From Fibrobacter sp. (GTDB lineage: Bacteria > Fibrobacterota > Fibrobacteria > Fibrobacterales > Fibrobacteraceae): a DNA stretch of 64,000 bases. The stretch spans positions 22,779 through 86,778 of the forward strand of contig JAFVGH010000128.1 in NCBI GenBank assembly GCA_017475045.1. Reading direction: 5' to 3'. The notes beneath the pieces are model-generated. The model was not told the DNA's origin. It did not search any database and worked only from the letters and a program-made list of their open reading frames with translations. The stretch's first letter is position 1, and each line of letters starts with the position of its first letter. Shown here piece by piece: positions 51,851 through 62,285 of this stretch. A program made the position numbers and the translations under genes.

Positions 51851-51858
51851 TCAACTGA

Positions 51859-53433
51859 ATGATGTTCCTGAAAAATATCAGTCGCTTGTCCTTGACGGCA
51901 ACTCTGCTGGTTGCGGGCGTTACGGTTGCATGGTCTGCGTCGACCGTGCTTGGACCGGACCGCCATAGCAACCTGAAATTGCTTGAAACGGCTCCGTTAC
52001 TGTTTGAGTATCACCGCCTGACTACGGGGGACATGCTTCAGTCGTTTGCGTATCCCCGTCGGGATACCACGTTCCAGAAAAATTTTGTACGCACGGAACA
52101 GAACGCCCTGCTTTATTACGATAATGCTTGCGGTGCGATGATTTCTGGGCATTTTGGTAGCGATTCTTCGGCATACCTGGATTCGTGCCGTGCTCAATCG
52201 CCGCGTATTGCCCTGGCGACAAGCCTGGTAGGCGGTATCGACTACCGTGGCGGTGAAACTTTGGGTGACACTATCTGGCCGGGCCTTGATGGTGGCATCT
52301 ACATGCGGGGTTATGCGGATTCCGTAGACTTTGTCCTGGATGCTCGCATTTACGATGAATCCCACACGGCCAAGAATCCGAAGTCCTTTGACCGGGAATT
52401 CGTTGAAGTCCAGAAAGAGGAAAATAATTCGGGAGTGGAGTACACCAGCTACGCCCGTTACCGCACTCATTTCGGATTCAATCACGACTGGCTTCGGGTA
52501 GACCTTGGTCGCGACGTGATGCATTGGGGACCGGGTTATTACAACAACCTGACCCTGAACCAGTTTGCCCTTCCTTACAACATGCTCTCAATGGACATGC
52601 GGTTTGGACCCTTGCGCGTTATCAGCTTTTATGCGGACTTGCGGGTCTACAACAACAGCATGAGCATGAAAAATAAGGATGACACCCGCAACCTGTTTGG
52701 ACACCGTTATGAACTTGCTGTAGGGAACGCTACGGTCGGCGTTAGTGAACTGACCGTGCTCTACGACGATATGAAGCCCTGGCTCTTTGTGCCGACGGCG
52801 CCCCTGTTCATGGAAAAGGGAAACTATTCGGAGAACAGCAACAATGGGGCCCTGGCATTTGATTTTAACTACCGCTTGTTCCAGTTCATGCGCGTCTATA
52901 CGGAGTTTTTCCTGGACGACATGGAAAGCCCGGTGAGCCTGGTCAAGAACGATAACATCGAGGCCAAGTGGGCTTGGATGGCCGGCTTGCAGGCTGGTCA
53001 TGATTTTTACTTCAAGGGACACCGGCTGGAAGCGGGAACTATTGCAGAATATGCTCGCGTTGAGCCTTATGTGTATGGTCATTTTGTAGCGAATACGGCG
53101 CAGCTGGCTCACCTGGGTTATCCTCTCGGAAACCAGGGCGGCCCCAACAGCCGCACGGTAGATTGGAGCGTCTTTGCCAGGCTGGACAACCACATCTTTG
53201 CGGGTATCCGCAACACCTGGTTCTGGAAGGGCACGGATTATGGCAGTGCGGTGAATGACACCACGCCTCTGTACAACCACATGAAGATTCACAAGAAGTA
53301 CCTTGATGGGGCGGAGATGCTGTATTCTCTGACTCCTGCGCTTAGCTACGAGGGCCAGTTCGTGAGCTTCCTTGGCGAGGTGACCTTCTTTGACGATCGC
53401 AAGGTCTACTTGAGGGCTGGGTTCAAATGGTGA
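51859..53433 (+). CDS. Outer-membrane protein, capsule-assembly Wzi-like
   Basis: Signal peptide; GRDVMHWGPG, FGHRYEL, YTEFFLDD, EYARVEPYVY, LGYPLG; C-terminal Trp. Confidence 0.6.
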   Translation: MMFLKNISRLSLTATLLVAGVTVAWSASTVLGPDRHSNLKLLETAPLLFEYHRLTTGDMLQSFAYPRRDTTFQKNFVRTEQNALLYYDNACGAMISGHFGSDSSAYLDSCRAQSPRIALATSLVGGIDYRGGETLGDTIWPGLDGGIYMRGYADSVDFVLDARIYDESHTAKNPKSFDREFVEVQKEENNSGVEYTSYARYRTHFGFNHDWLRVDLGRDVMHWGPGYYNNLTLNQFALPYNMLSMDMRFGPLRVISFYADLRVYNNSMSMKNKDDTRNLFGHRYELAVGNATVGVSELTVLYDDMKPWLFVPTAPLFMEKGNYSENSNNGALAFDFNYRLFQFMRVYTEFFLDDMESPVSLVKNDNIEAKWAWMAGLQAGHDFYFKGHRLEAGTIAEYARVEPYVYGHFVANTAQLAHLGYPLGNQGGPNSRTVDWSVFARLDNHIFAGIRNTWFWKGTDYGSAVNDTTPLYNHMKIHKKYLDGAEMLYSLTPALSYEGQFVSFLGEVTFFDDRKVYLRAGFKW

Positions 53434-54728
53434 AAACGCCTGAACTGTTGGCGCCGGCGGGTGATTTGACCCGCATGAAATATGCCTTGGCCTATGGTGC
53501 CGATGCTGTGTATGCAGGCCAGCCCGCTTTCTCGCTGCGGGCACGGGAGAATGGTTTCAAAAATTTAGACGACTTGGCAGAAGGTATTGACTATGTTCAT
53601 TGTCAAGGCAAAAAGTTTTATCTGACCAGTAACGTGATTCCTCGGAATACCAAGGTGGAGCCGTTCCAGAAGGCGCTCCTTGCGGCACTTGAACTGAAAC
53701 CCGATGCGCTGATTGTAGCAGATCCTGGTTTTGTAGGTTGGCTCCGCGAAGTTTCTCCCCAGACCGAAGTTCATCTGTCGGTACAGGCCAACACCACCAA
53801 CTACTTAACGGCTTCATTCTGGAAAAAATTGGGCGTTAGCCGTATCATCTTGAGCCGAGAACTTCGCCTGTCCGAAATTTTGGAAATTAAGGAAAGGGTT
53901 CCGGATCTTGAACTGGAAGTCTTTGTCCACGGGGCGGTATGCATGGCCATGTCGGGCCGTTGTATGCTTTCGAACTGGGTGACCCGTCGTGATGCAAACC
54001 AGGGGGCCTGTGACAACAGTTGCCGCATGCCCTACCGCCTCTACGCCAACGAAGGCCCTCAATGTGCAGACTACAGGGAGCATGAAGGGGATTTCTTCTT
54101 GCAGCGTACCGACCGCCCGGAACTGCCCCCTGTGGCTCTGGACGAGGATACCTGGGGAACGTATTTTATGAGTAGCCGGGATTTGTGCGCCTTGGAGGTC
54201 GTTCCGGATTTGGTTCGTGCAGGGCTTGATTCTTTCAAGATAGAAGGGCGCACTCGTTCGGTTTATTACTTGAGCCAGGTAGTTCGAGCCTACCGTATGG
54301 CCATAGATGCCCGGGGCACTGTTCCTGATGAGGCCCGTCGAGCGCTTGATTTTGTTGACGGACGAGGATTCATGCCGGGCTTTCTGAAAGGACCTTTGCC
54401 CCAGAACTACGAATCCACCCATGTGGCTGCGGCTGGTGGCTGCGTCTGTGCCCAGATTCTGGATTTCGATGCCCAGACCTGTTCTTGCCGGGTGAATGTA
54501 AAAAATCCTTTCACTATGGATGATTCCTTGGAGTTGATGACGCCGGAGGGAATGAGTCTTTGTAAAATTTCATCGTTGAAGGATTTTAGGGGAGGCGACG
54601 CCGACCGCCTGAATCCCGGCACGGAAGGCCGAATTTTTTTACAAGGCTTGGAAAATCGATCTTTGGATAGTGTAAATTTTGGTTTTTTTGTGAAACAGAT
54701 TAACCCAAATTCCAAAACAAATTCGTAA
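53427..54728 (+). CDS. Peptidase-U32 family Fe-S hydroxylase (TrhP/YegQ-like)
   Basis: PELLAPAG, GADAVYAG, HLSVQAN, EVFVHGAVCMAMSGRCMLS, NQGACDNSCR, SFKIEGR. Confidence 0.85.
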   Translation: MVKTPELLAPAGDLTRMKYALAYGADAVYAGQPAFSLRARENGFKNLDDLAEGIDYVHCQGKKFYLTSNVIPRNTKVEPFQKALLAALELKPDALIVADPGFVGWLREVSPQTEVHLSVQANTTNYLTASFWKKLGVSRIILSRELRLSEILEIKERVPDLELEVFVHGAVCMAMSGRCMLSNWVTRRDANQGACDNSCRMPYRLYANEGPQCADYREHEGDFFLQRTDRPELPPVALDEDTWGTYFMSSRDLCALEVVPDLVRAGLDSFKIEGRTRSVYYLSQVVRAYRMAIDARGTVPDEARRALDFVDGRGFMPGFLKGPLPQNYESTHVAAAGGCVCAQILDFDAQTCSCRVNVKNPFTMDDSLELMTPEGMSLCKISSLKDFRGGDADRLNPGTEGRIFLQGLENRSLDSVNFGFFVKQINPNSKTNS

Positions 54729-54737
54729 ATTATTGCC

Positions 54738-55175
54738 ATGGCTGTAGATGAAGCTACAAAGAAACAGGATGCGTTAGAGCTCTATCAGATAGATGATAAA
54801 GCCATCGTGCCTTTTTTCAAGGCTCATCTCGATGAATTGCGGAAATTTTTGCAAGAGCACAAGGGCGAGGATCTTTCCCTCTTGGTCAAGCTCAAGCAGT
54901 TTATTCGTACTTACCGTCTGCCGTTCAATATGCAGCGATACATGGAAGTCCAGAGGACCTATATCCAGCAAAGTCTGCAGAACCAGATTCAAGATCGTCA
55001 GTCGGCCGTGAGCCACTGGATTCAGGAACATGCCTGCAGGCATCGTAACCGCATGATCCAGCTTCAGTGTCTGTATTTGGAGCGAATCAAAGACAAACTG
55101 ATTCCCGAGGTTCAGGCTATGCTGGAGCGAAGAATTGAAAAATTGCAGGGTGAACCTCCAGAAAACAATCCCTAG
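54738..55175 (+). CDS. Hypothetical alpha-helical protein
   Basis: 145-aa ORF filling the gap between co-oriented genes; no motif recognised. Confidence 0.65.
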   Translation: MAVDEATKKQDALELYQIDDKAIVPFFKAHLDELRKFLQEHKGEDLSLLVKLKQFIRTYRLPFNMQRYMEVQRTYIQQSLQNQIQDRQSAVSHWIQEHACRHRNRMIQLQCLYLERIKDKLIPEVQAMLERRIEKLQGEPPENNP

Positions 55176-55242
55176 ATTGTTTCCAAAACCCTATTTTTCT
55201 ATATTTTTCCCTGAATTTTAAAGATTTGACCTGGAGAACTGG

Positions 55243-56628
55243 GTGAAGAGTTTTTTTGTTGTTCTTTTGACGTTGTTGGCACTGGGGCTGTCTGCGTGCA
55301 TTTTTGATTCTGATGAGGCCGTTATGGCAAGCTGGCTTTCAGATCAAGGTGTTCCCAGCGGTTATAAGGTGCAATCTTTGAATGTCGAGGGCTTGACCCC
55401 GCTTTCTTCGGAAGTTTTTCTGGATTCTACACCGAAACTTGAAAATGACAGGATTGTTTTGGGAAAGGCGGCAAATATTTCCCACGACTTGGTTTTTGAC
55501 GTGGCTTTTTATGATTCCGTTTTCTTTGCGGACCTTAAAAAGACTGATTCTGTTGAAGCCTATCTGGCGTTACACGTCCTGAAGCCGTTCTACTTGTCCG
55601 AGACATTCCCGTCAGATTCACTTCCTATGAAAGAGGATGTGACACTGACAGTTAGCTGGAAACTAGAACGGGGCCCCTCAAAATCTTTTGTGGACAGTGT
55701 CGGGGATATTGCTGCCTCTACTTGGCTTTCTAGCCTGAATAAGTGGACTCCGGATTCGTCGGCTGATACGACCATTTCCGTTGCCGTTTCGGCTAAGGAT
55801 ACGCTGCTGAAAGTCGGGATTCCTTCGGGACTTGTGGCTGCAATGAAGGGGCTATCCCATGCATGTCACCTGCAACTTAGGCTTTCTGCTCCGGAAGCTT
55901 CAAGAACCTACCGCTTTTACGGACTTGAATCGGCTTTCTATCCGGCGCTGTGGGTGCAGTTCCCCAAGACCAAAAGCTATAACGAGTATATCCCGTTCCG
56001 TACAGCCCATATCATTTCCAATAAGGAAACATGTTCAGACTGCCTAGTGCTTCATGGCGGTGTATATGATTCCTTGGTTGTGGAGTACGAAAGCGCTCCC
56101 ATTATGAAAGCTTTGTCTGACTATTACGGTGACGAATTTCCGTATATGGAGGGCGATGATGTCCGGCAGACGGTGATTCTTGCCCAAATGACTTTTTCTA
56201 GGGATGATAGCCAGGGATCGAATGAACTGGGCTTGCCCATTCAGGTTGTGGTGGGGTCTTACACGGATAGTGCCGGAAAGAGCATTCGTCAGATGGAAGC
56301 TTACAAGTTGAATAAGTCGCTCATTGCAAGCAAGGGGCATCCTAACATGGTTTTCTATGAAGGGGATTCCCTTACTTTGCAGGTGACTTACGGCCTTCGG
56401 GACTTTATCAATCGGGCTAGGGATGGTCGGACCTTTAAGATGATGATGCGCCTGGGTTATCCCGTACTCCAGGATAAGGATTCCTCTTATACGGACCGTA
56501 AGGTTGCAGGGGATACGTCTTACGTGTTCTTCTCACATTTTGATCATGCCCGCTACGACTTCAGTTCCTCCATGAAACAGCCGTCTACGTTAAAACTCTG
56601 GCTTGCCGATAAAAGGGGGGATAAATAA
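55243..56628 (+). CDS. Hypothetical lipoprotein
   Basis: GTG start after GGAGA; lipobox LSAC; stop overlaps the start of the next gene. Confidence 0.75.
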   Translation: MKSFFVVLLTLLALGLSACIFDSDEAVMASWLSDQGVPSGYKVQSLNVEGLTPLSSEVFLDSTPKLENDRIVLGKAANISHDLVFDVAFYDSVFFADLKKTDSVEAYLALHVLKPFYLSETFPSDSLPMKEDVTLTVSWKLERGPSKSFVDSVGDIAASTWLSSLNKWTPDSSADTTISVAVSAKDTLLKVGIPSGLVAAMKGLSHACHLQLRLSAPEASRTYRFYGLESAFYPALWVQFPKTKSYNEYIPFRTAHIISNKETCSDCLVLHGGVYDSLVVEYESAPIMKALSDYYGDEFPYMEGDDVRQTVILAQMTFSRDDSQGSNELGLPIQVVVGSYTDSAGKSIRQMEAYKLNKSLIASKGHPNMVFYEGDSLTLQVTYGLRDFINRARDGRTFKMMMRLGYPVLQDKDSSYTDRKVAGDTSYVFFSHFDHARYDFSSSMKQPSTLKLWLADKRGDK

Positions 56629-57866
56629 TGAAAAAGGTTATCCTCATTCTTCTGGGCTTGACTGTTTTTGGTAGTGCCTCTGTCATAGGCCTTGACGCCC
56701 TTGGCGAAGAACAGGTTGCAGGTGGAATGGCTTCTACGGCAGGTCGTGGTTATGCCGGTGGGGCAAAGACTGGTGATGCCGAAGGGCTTTCTGTGCTGAA
56801 CCCTGCCCGCAACGCCTTTGACACCAAGGTGGTGTTCAATGTCAATTTCTTGTTGGAAATGGTAGCCCTGGAAAAACATGGCGACAACTTTGGCGTGAAC
56901 AACATTTCCATGCCCTCGTTCAATTTGTCGTTCCCTATGGGAAGCTATGGTGCCATGGGTGTGGCTCTGTGGCAAAGCTATTCTTCTAATATCGATGAAG
57001 AGGTAAGCGTAGGGAAAAATTCTATAGAGACAACGATTGAATACCAGAGTAGCGTGTACGAGATTGTCCCGAGCTATACATTCCGCTTGCCTGTTATACG
57101 AAACTTTTCTGTAGGAGCTTCGGCACACGTGGTGATGGGCAATTCTGTACGTAGGCTCTCCATGGGACCCAATACAGAAGATCTTTCTGCCGGGGATACC
57201 TGGGCTGTCGGCAGCACCGAAATATCGGATTACGTAGACGGCACGTGGGAAATCAAGAACCATCCGGCGTATTATACTGGAGCGGTCCAGTATCGTGGGC
57301 ATCAGTCCTCTTTCTATTTCTCTTACACCACGCCCCATACCCTTTTGAACAAGCTGGACTACAATTTCCGCATGAGCGAGCTGGATACCCTGGCTCCGAC
57401 CAAGAAGTCTAGGGAAATTGAGGTGCCGGCCATGTTTGCTACGGGTATGAATTTCCGCTTTATGAAACGGAACAACGTGATGATGGATCTTGCACTTCGT
57501 GGTTGGGACAAGGATATCGAGAATATTGGCGGAAGTTTCAATATGGAATCTGTGACCGAGACCCAGAAAGACATGCTTGTTGCTCTAGGGTTCCAGCGTG
57601 ATGGCAGTCCCTTGTTCTATGACCCGTACTTGGACCGAGTCACTTATCGTTTGGGTGGCTGGTACAAGACTTGGTATGTGAAAGATGTCTATGAACTGGG
57701 TGGTTCCCTGGGAGCAGGGTTCCCTCTGGGTCGCAAGGGTACGACTCTGGATTTATCTTTCCAGGGTGGAAAGCGTTTTGCCGATTCTGGCCGTGCATGG
57801 GATGAACTCTTTTTCGGAGTCCGCATAGGCCTAATGGGCGTCGGTAGCTGGGGTCAGACCCGCTAA
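56628..57866 (+). CDS. FadL/PorV-like outer-membrane beta-barrel
   Basis: Signal peptide; N-terminal plug STAGRGYAG...LNPA followed by beta strands. Confidence 0.55.
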   Translation: MKKVILILLGLTVFGSASVIGLDALGEEQVAGGMASTAGRGYAGGAKTGDAEGLSVLNPARNAFDTKVVFNVNFLLEMVALEKHGDNFGVNNISMPSFNLSFPMGSYGAMGVALWQSYSSNIDEEVSVGKNSIETTIEYQSSVYEIVPSYTFRLPVIRNFSVGASAHVVMGNSVRRLSMGPNTEDLSAGDTWAVGSTEISDYVDGTWEIKNHPAYYTGAVQYRGHQSSFYFSYTTPHTLLNKLDYNFRMSELDTLAPTKKSREIEVPAMFATGMNFRFMKRNNVMMDLALRGWDKDIENIGGSFNMESVTETQKDMLVALGFQRDGSPLFYDPYLDRVTYRLGGWYKTWYVKDVYELGGSLGAGFPLGRKGTTLDLSFQGGKRFADSGRAWDELFFGVRIGLMGVGSWGQTR

Positions 57867-57890
57867 GGATTTTATTAAAGGAGGCTGAAA

Positions 57891-59027
57891 ATGGCTGTCA
57901 AGAAAACAACTGCTGTGGCTAAGAAGACCGCCCCGAAGGCGTCTGCTAAGACTGCTGCAAAAGCTGTAGAAAAGAAGGTTGAAAAAACTGTAAAGACTGC
58001 GGCGACCAAGGCGAAAACTGCTGTGGAGACGGCGACCAAGAGGTCCAAGTCCATCAAGAAGGTGGCCGAGGCCGTAAAGGCGACCGCAAAGGCCATCGCC
58101 AAGGTGGCGAAGTCCGCGCCCAAGGCATCCGAACAGACTGATGTGGCCAAGAACATTACGGCCAAGAAGTCGGTGAAGCCGGCCGCTAAGCCGACGGTTA
58201 AGGTTTCTACAGTAAAGGCTTCTGCAAAGCCTGTGACCAAGACGGCCGCGCTTGCCCAGTCCTTCGACGCCGAATACCTGGTGCTTATGCAGAAGGACCC
58301 CAACTGGATGCAGGCCTTCTGGGATGTTTCCGAAGACCGCATCAAGCGTGCCCGTAAGGGGAAGGGCAAGCTGGTGCTTCGCCTGTTCAACATTTCCGGT
58401 GACTTGACCGTGAAGCGCAACAAGAAGCGCAAGTTCCACGATATCGAAGTTCCGGCCGATGCCCGCAGCTGGTATGTGGAGAACAAGGCTTCCGAAAAGA
58501 CGGTGGCTGTGCTTGGCTTTGCCGCCGGCAAGAACTTTATGCCCCTGGTGGAGTCCGCTCCGGTCCAGGCTTATTCTACGGACGGTTCCGAGGTGAACCT
58601 GAACGACGCCTTTGTCCGCGCCTCCCTGGGTGGTGCCGGCCTCGGCGGCTTCGGCAGCTCCGGACTTTCCAGCATGTCCGCCAAGAACTGGCTTGAAAGC
58701 CTGTCCAGCTCTTCGGGCTCCATGTTCTCGGGCGCCCTTTCTAGCGCAGCCCTCAAGAGCAACAAGCTTGAACTGCCCAAGGATTCTGTGAACTACGGCA
58801 AGGACTTTTTCCTGTGGGTCAAGACCCGCCTGATCGTGTACGGCGGAACCCGTCCTGACGCTCACCTCCAGGTGCGCGGCGAACCGTTCCCGCTGAACCC
58901 GGACGGCACCTTCAGCTTTGAAGAGGACCTGCCCGATTCTACGAAGATTATCCCGGTGTTCGCTACCGACAAGGATGGCGATTTCCCGACGACGATTGTT
59001 CCCATCGTGGTAAAGCGCACCGAGTAG
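57891..59027 (+). CDS. DUF4912-domain protein with Lys/Ala-rich N-terminus
   Basis: LVLMQKDPNWMQAFWDVS, ARSWYV, FFLWVKTRLIVYGGTRPDA, LNPDGTFSF; upstream of GH57 as commonly seen. Confidence 0.8.
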   Translation: MAVKKTTAVAKKTAPKASAKTAAKAVEKKVEKTVKTAATKAKTAVETATKRSKSIKKVAEAVKATAKAIAKVAKSAPKASEQTDVAKNITAKKSVKPAAKPTVKVSTVKASAKPVTKTAALAQSFDAEYLVLMQKDPNWMQAFWDVSEDRIKRARKGKGKLVLRLFNISGDLTVKRNKKRKFHDIEVPADARSWYVENKASEKTVAVLGFAAGKNFMPLVESAPVQAYSTDGSEVNLNDAFVRASLGGAGLGGFGSSGLSSMSAKNWLESLSSSSGSMFSGALSSAALKSNKLELPKDSVNYGKDFFLWVKTRLIVYGGTRPDAHLQVRGEPFPLNPDGTFSFEEDLPDSTKIIPVFATDKDGDFPTTIVPIVVKRTE

Positions 59028-59054
59028 GCGCTGGCCCTAGCCCCCGAGGACAAC

Positions 59055-60659
59055 TTGTCCGCTCCCGGCAAGATACACCTGCTGCTCCACGCTCATCTGC
59101 CTTTTGTGCGTGAGCCCGAGTTTGACCGGTTCTTGGAAGAGAACTGGTTCTTCGAGGCTATGGCGGAAACCTATCTGCCCCTGATACAGATGCTCTGGCG
59201 CCTGCAGGAGAAGGGCGTGCCCGGTACATTGAACCTGAGCGTGTCCTCGTCCCTTATCGCCATGATGACCGACAGGCTTTTGCTTGACCGGTTCACGGAG
59301 CATTTGCATCGCCAGTTGAAGCTTCTGGAAAAGGAACGCACCCGCGCCCGCGGTGACGAGGCCCTGTCCGAGGTGGTGCACTTCTATTATCGCCGTCAGC
59401 TGGCCCTGATTAGTACCTGGGAAGGCCCCTGCGACATGGAGATTGTCCCTGTGCTTAAGGAGCTGGAGGAACGGGGCAAGCTGACCCTCATTACCTGCGT
59501 AGGAACCCACCCCTTCTTGCCGGCCTACCAGTCGGACTTGGCTGCCATACGCCTGCAGTTGGGTGTGACCGTCCGTGCTTTTGAAGAGGCCTTCGGCCGC
59601 AAACCTCGGGGGCTCTGGCTTCCGGAATGCGGCTATTTCCAGGGTTTGGACTTTATCTTAGCGGAATTCGGGTTTAAGTATTTCTTCTTGGAGACCCATG
59701 GCGTGCTTTTGGCAAAGCCCGCCCCCAAATACGGCGTATTTGCGCCAATAAAGACCCCTGCGGGGCTTTATTGCATGGGCCGTGAGCAGAGCAGCTCCAT
59801 GGAGGTCTGGAGCCGTAAGACCGGTTACCCGGGCCATCCGGAGTATCGCGAGTTCTTCAAGGACATTTCCCAGGAACGGGATCCTGAATATCTGGGCCCC
59901 TACTTTATGGCGGGCAAGACCCCCATCGAGACCGGCCTCAAGTATTACCGTATTACCGGTAGCGAGGACAAGCAGATTTATCGCCCCTGGAATGCGCTCC
60001 GCCTGGTGGAAGATCATGCCCGCTTGTTTGTGGCAAACCGCGAGGCCACCGTCACCGAGCTCTTGCCCCAGATGGACGGGAACAAGGTCTCTATCCTTTG
60101 CCCCTACGACGCTGAACTCTTTGGTCACTGGTGGTTCGAAGGCCCCCTGTTTATCGAGAAGATGTTCGAACGTGCGGCCAGTTCCAACGTGGTGGAGATG
60201 GCCTCTTTAGAAGAGACCATGCATAGCTCACCCGATGCCGATGTCCATGACCCCATCTTTTCTTCTTGGGGCGAGGGCGGCTTTGGTGAAGTCTGGATGA
60301 ACGACGAGGTCAGCTGGGCCTATCCGCTGTTCTTCAAGATGCGGGGCATGATGGACGACCTGAAAAAACGGCAGCGTAATGCTCCCAAGGCTCTTGCAGG
60401 ATTCCTGAAACGCTGTCTGGAACAGTCCGCCCGTGAGCTGGTGCTTTTCCAGGCTTCGGACTGGGCGTTCATGATCCACAACAATTCCGCCGCGGACTAT
60501 GCCAGGTTCCGTCAGAACACACATTACAAGAATGTCTGTTCTTTGTATGCGGCGGCCACATCGGCTTTAATGACGGGACGCAAGCGTTCCGGCGAAGCCG
60601 TTCTCGAAAAGCTGGAAAAACAGGATAACCTATTCCCCTGGATTGGCGAACTCCTTTAA
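59055..60659 (+). CDS. GH57 1,4-alpha-glucan branching enzyme (DUF1957 domain)
   Basis: LHAHLPFVR, ETYLPL, GLWLPECGY, PYDAELFGHWWFEGP, QASDWAFM. Confidence 0.92.
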   Translation: MSAPGKIHLLLHAHLPFVREPEFDRFLEENWFFEAMAETYLPLIQMLWRLQEKGVPGTLNLSVSSSLIAMMTDRLLLDRFTEHLHRQLKLLEKERTRARGDEALSEVVHFYYRRQLALISTWEGPCDMEIVPVLKELEERGKLTLITCVGTHPFLPAYQSDLAAIRLQLGVTVRAFEEAFGRKPRGLWLPECGYFQGLDFILAEFGFKYFFLETHGVLLAKPAPKYGVFAPIKTPAGLYCMGREQSSSMEVWSRKTGYPGHPEYREFFKDISQERDPEYLGPYFMAGKTPIETGLKYYRITGSEDKQIYRPWNALRLVEDHARLFVANREATVTELLPQMDGNKVSILCPYDAELFGHWWFEGPLFIEKMFERAASSNVVEMASLEETMHSSPDADVHDPIFSSWGEGGFGEVWMNDEVSWAYPLFFKMRGMMDDLKKRQRNAPKALAGFLKRCLEQSARELVLFQASDWAFMIHNNSAADYARFRQNTHYKNVCSLYAAATSALMTGRKRSGEAVLEKLEKQDNLFPWIGELL

Positions 60660-61790
60660 CGCCTTCTCCGGAATCCAGAACCAGTCGGGCCTGAATTCCA
60701 ATTCATAGCAAGCCTCGTAAATAGCCTTAGCGACGATGTAGGGCTTTAGCTCTTGGCGTAGGGCGTCTTCGGGAACATTTGCCGTTTTCGCATAGCCTTG
60801 GATAAACGCATGCCGGACACTGTCCATGTTTCTTTTGCTGACGGCTTCGGCATAGGCGAAGCTCCTAATCATTCCGGCGATATCTACCGCCGGGCTGCGA
60901 AGACCCCGCCTAAATTCGAGGCTCCGGGTTGGTTCCCCTTCGAAATCGATAATCTTGAAATGTCTGTCGGGAGTTATCAGCACCTGCCCCAGGTGAAAAT
61001 CCCCGTGGATCCGTTGTGGTTTGAAAAGGACGGACTCACGTGGGAGCGATACTTTTATCTTACTGATGTCATGCCCGGCAGCGACCGGGCATCTCCCTTC
61101 CGCTAAGAGTATTTTCAACTTCTCGATAGGAGGCTTTTCCGAGGGGGATGCGTATCCGTCCATTTCGCGAAGGGCCTTGTGCATGCGGGCGGTCTCGCAG
61201 CCCAGTTCAAAGGCTGCCTCGGCGGAGGGCTCCTGGTTAAAGACGTCCCAGGCGTTTTCGGTGTTCGGGATAAGGCCTTCGAGAATTCCCAGGACATAGG
61301 TCTTTCCGTCGTTATTCGTATAGCGGCATGATCCCAGTAGGGAAGGTGTGCCCTGGTAACCTTGGTCGCTTAGAAAGCGGAGTGTTTCTTCTTCGGGGTG
61401 CGCTCCTGCCTGGAGCCGTCTGAAAATCTTGAAGAATAGTTTTCCGGGAGCGACGAAGGAGGAGTTGCTCTGTTCGGCAGAAATGGGCTTTAAAGACCCG
61501 AGGTCTTCACGTAAAAAATGACGATGGGTAACAAAAGAGAAAATACCATTTTGGCTTTTGAAACTCCTGGAGCCTACGCTTTTCCCGAAGGCACGGTATA
61601 ATAGGGACCCAAAACCAATTTCATTTTCAATGAGCAGGTAAAGGTCAGAGTCCCCTTCCGGGAATTGTAGCGACACGATGGATAAGGCGGTTCCACCGAT
61701 GATGAGGTCGTCGATTTGCTCAGTGCGGGATGGCGTTCTGCCCTTGCCCATGTACCACCGCTTTCCGGTGATGTCCCGAAGGTCTGTCAT
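60630..61790 (-). CDS. Maltokinase (Mak/Pep2)-like phosphotransferase
   Basis: RWYMGKGR, AEQSNSS, RIHGDFHLGQVL, IIDFEGEP, DIAGMIRSFAYA, KAIYEACYELEFRPDW. Confidence 0.88.
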   Translation of the reverse strand: MTDLRDITGKRWYMGKGRTPSRTEQIDDLIIGGTALSIVSLQFPEGDSDLYLLIENEIGFGSLLYRAFGKSVGSRSFKSQNGIFSFVTHRHFLREDLGSLKPISAEQSNSSFVAPGKLFFKIFRRLQAGAHPEEETLRFLSDQGYQGTPSLLGSCRYTNNDGKTYVLGILEGLIPNTENAWDVFNQEPSAEAAFELGCETARMHKALREMDGYASPSEKPPIEKLKILLAEGRCPVAAGHDISKIKVSLPRESVLFKPQRIHGDFHLGQVLITPDRHFKIIDFEGEPTRSLEFRRGLRSPAVDIAGMIRSFAYAEAVSKRNMDSVRHAFIQGYAKTANVPEDALRQELKPYIVAKAIYEACYELEFRPDWFWIPEKALKEFANPGE

Positions 61791-62143
61791 TTGGTGGGGA
61801 GCCTTGGGAAGAATCCTTGCTTACGCAAGGTGGATAAAATTTTCAATTGGTTTTCCAGGGGCTCTTTGCCGAATCCTTCCAGTACAAATTCAGGGAGCCT
61901 TTTTTGCGGACGGAAGGCGTCGGGGATATCTTCCATGTCGCCCAACTGCCAGGCTATAAGTAGTTTGGAAAGAAACTGGTTCCAGGGGAACTTGTCGGAA
62001 GGGGTCAAGGTAAAGTGGGCGGGTTTGATGCCGTCCCGTGATTCGATGAAGAGGGATCCGTCCCTACGGCACGAGGCTAAAACCCCTTGCCTTGCCACAC
62101 CGAGGGTGGCCGGTTGCGCCTCTATTTCCAATACCAGCTGCAC
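61787..62143 (-). CDS. Hypothetical protein
   Basis: 118 aa, GTG start; TGA overlaps the maltokinase ATG (ATGA coupling). Confidence 0.65.
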   Translation of the reverse strand: MQLVLEIEAQPATLGVARQGVLASCRRDGSLFIESRDGIKPAHFTLTPSDKFPWNQFLSKLLIAWQLGDMEDIPDAFRPQKRLPEFVLEGFGKEPLENQLKILSTLRKQGFFPRLPTK

Positions 62144-62144
62144 G

Positions 62145-62285
62145 CTAGGCTGCCAGCAGTTCCCGCTGGATTTGGGCGTACTGGTAATTGGAAATGGAAG
62201 TGATTTTGAGAATTAGGTCCCTTGCAATGCCTGCCCTAATAAGCGCTCTTGCATAGTTCATTTTGTTCAGGTCCAGATTAGTCAT
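62145..62285 (-). CDS. Small hypothetical protein (46 aa), absent from the ORF track
   Basis: GGGAGG SD 6 nt before ATG; MTNLDLNKMNYARALIRAGIARDLILKITSISNYQYAQIQRELLAA*; stop lies 1 nt before the next gene's GTG. Confidence 0.7.
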   Translation of the reverse strand: MTNLDLNKMNYARALIRAGIARDLILKITSISNYQYAQIQRELLAA

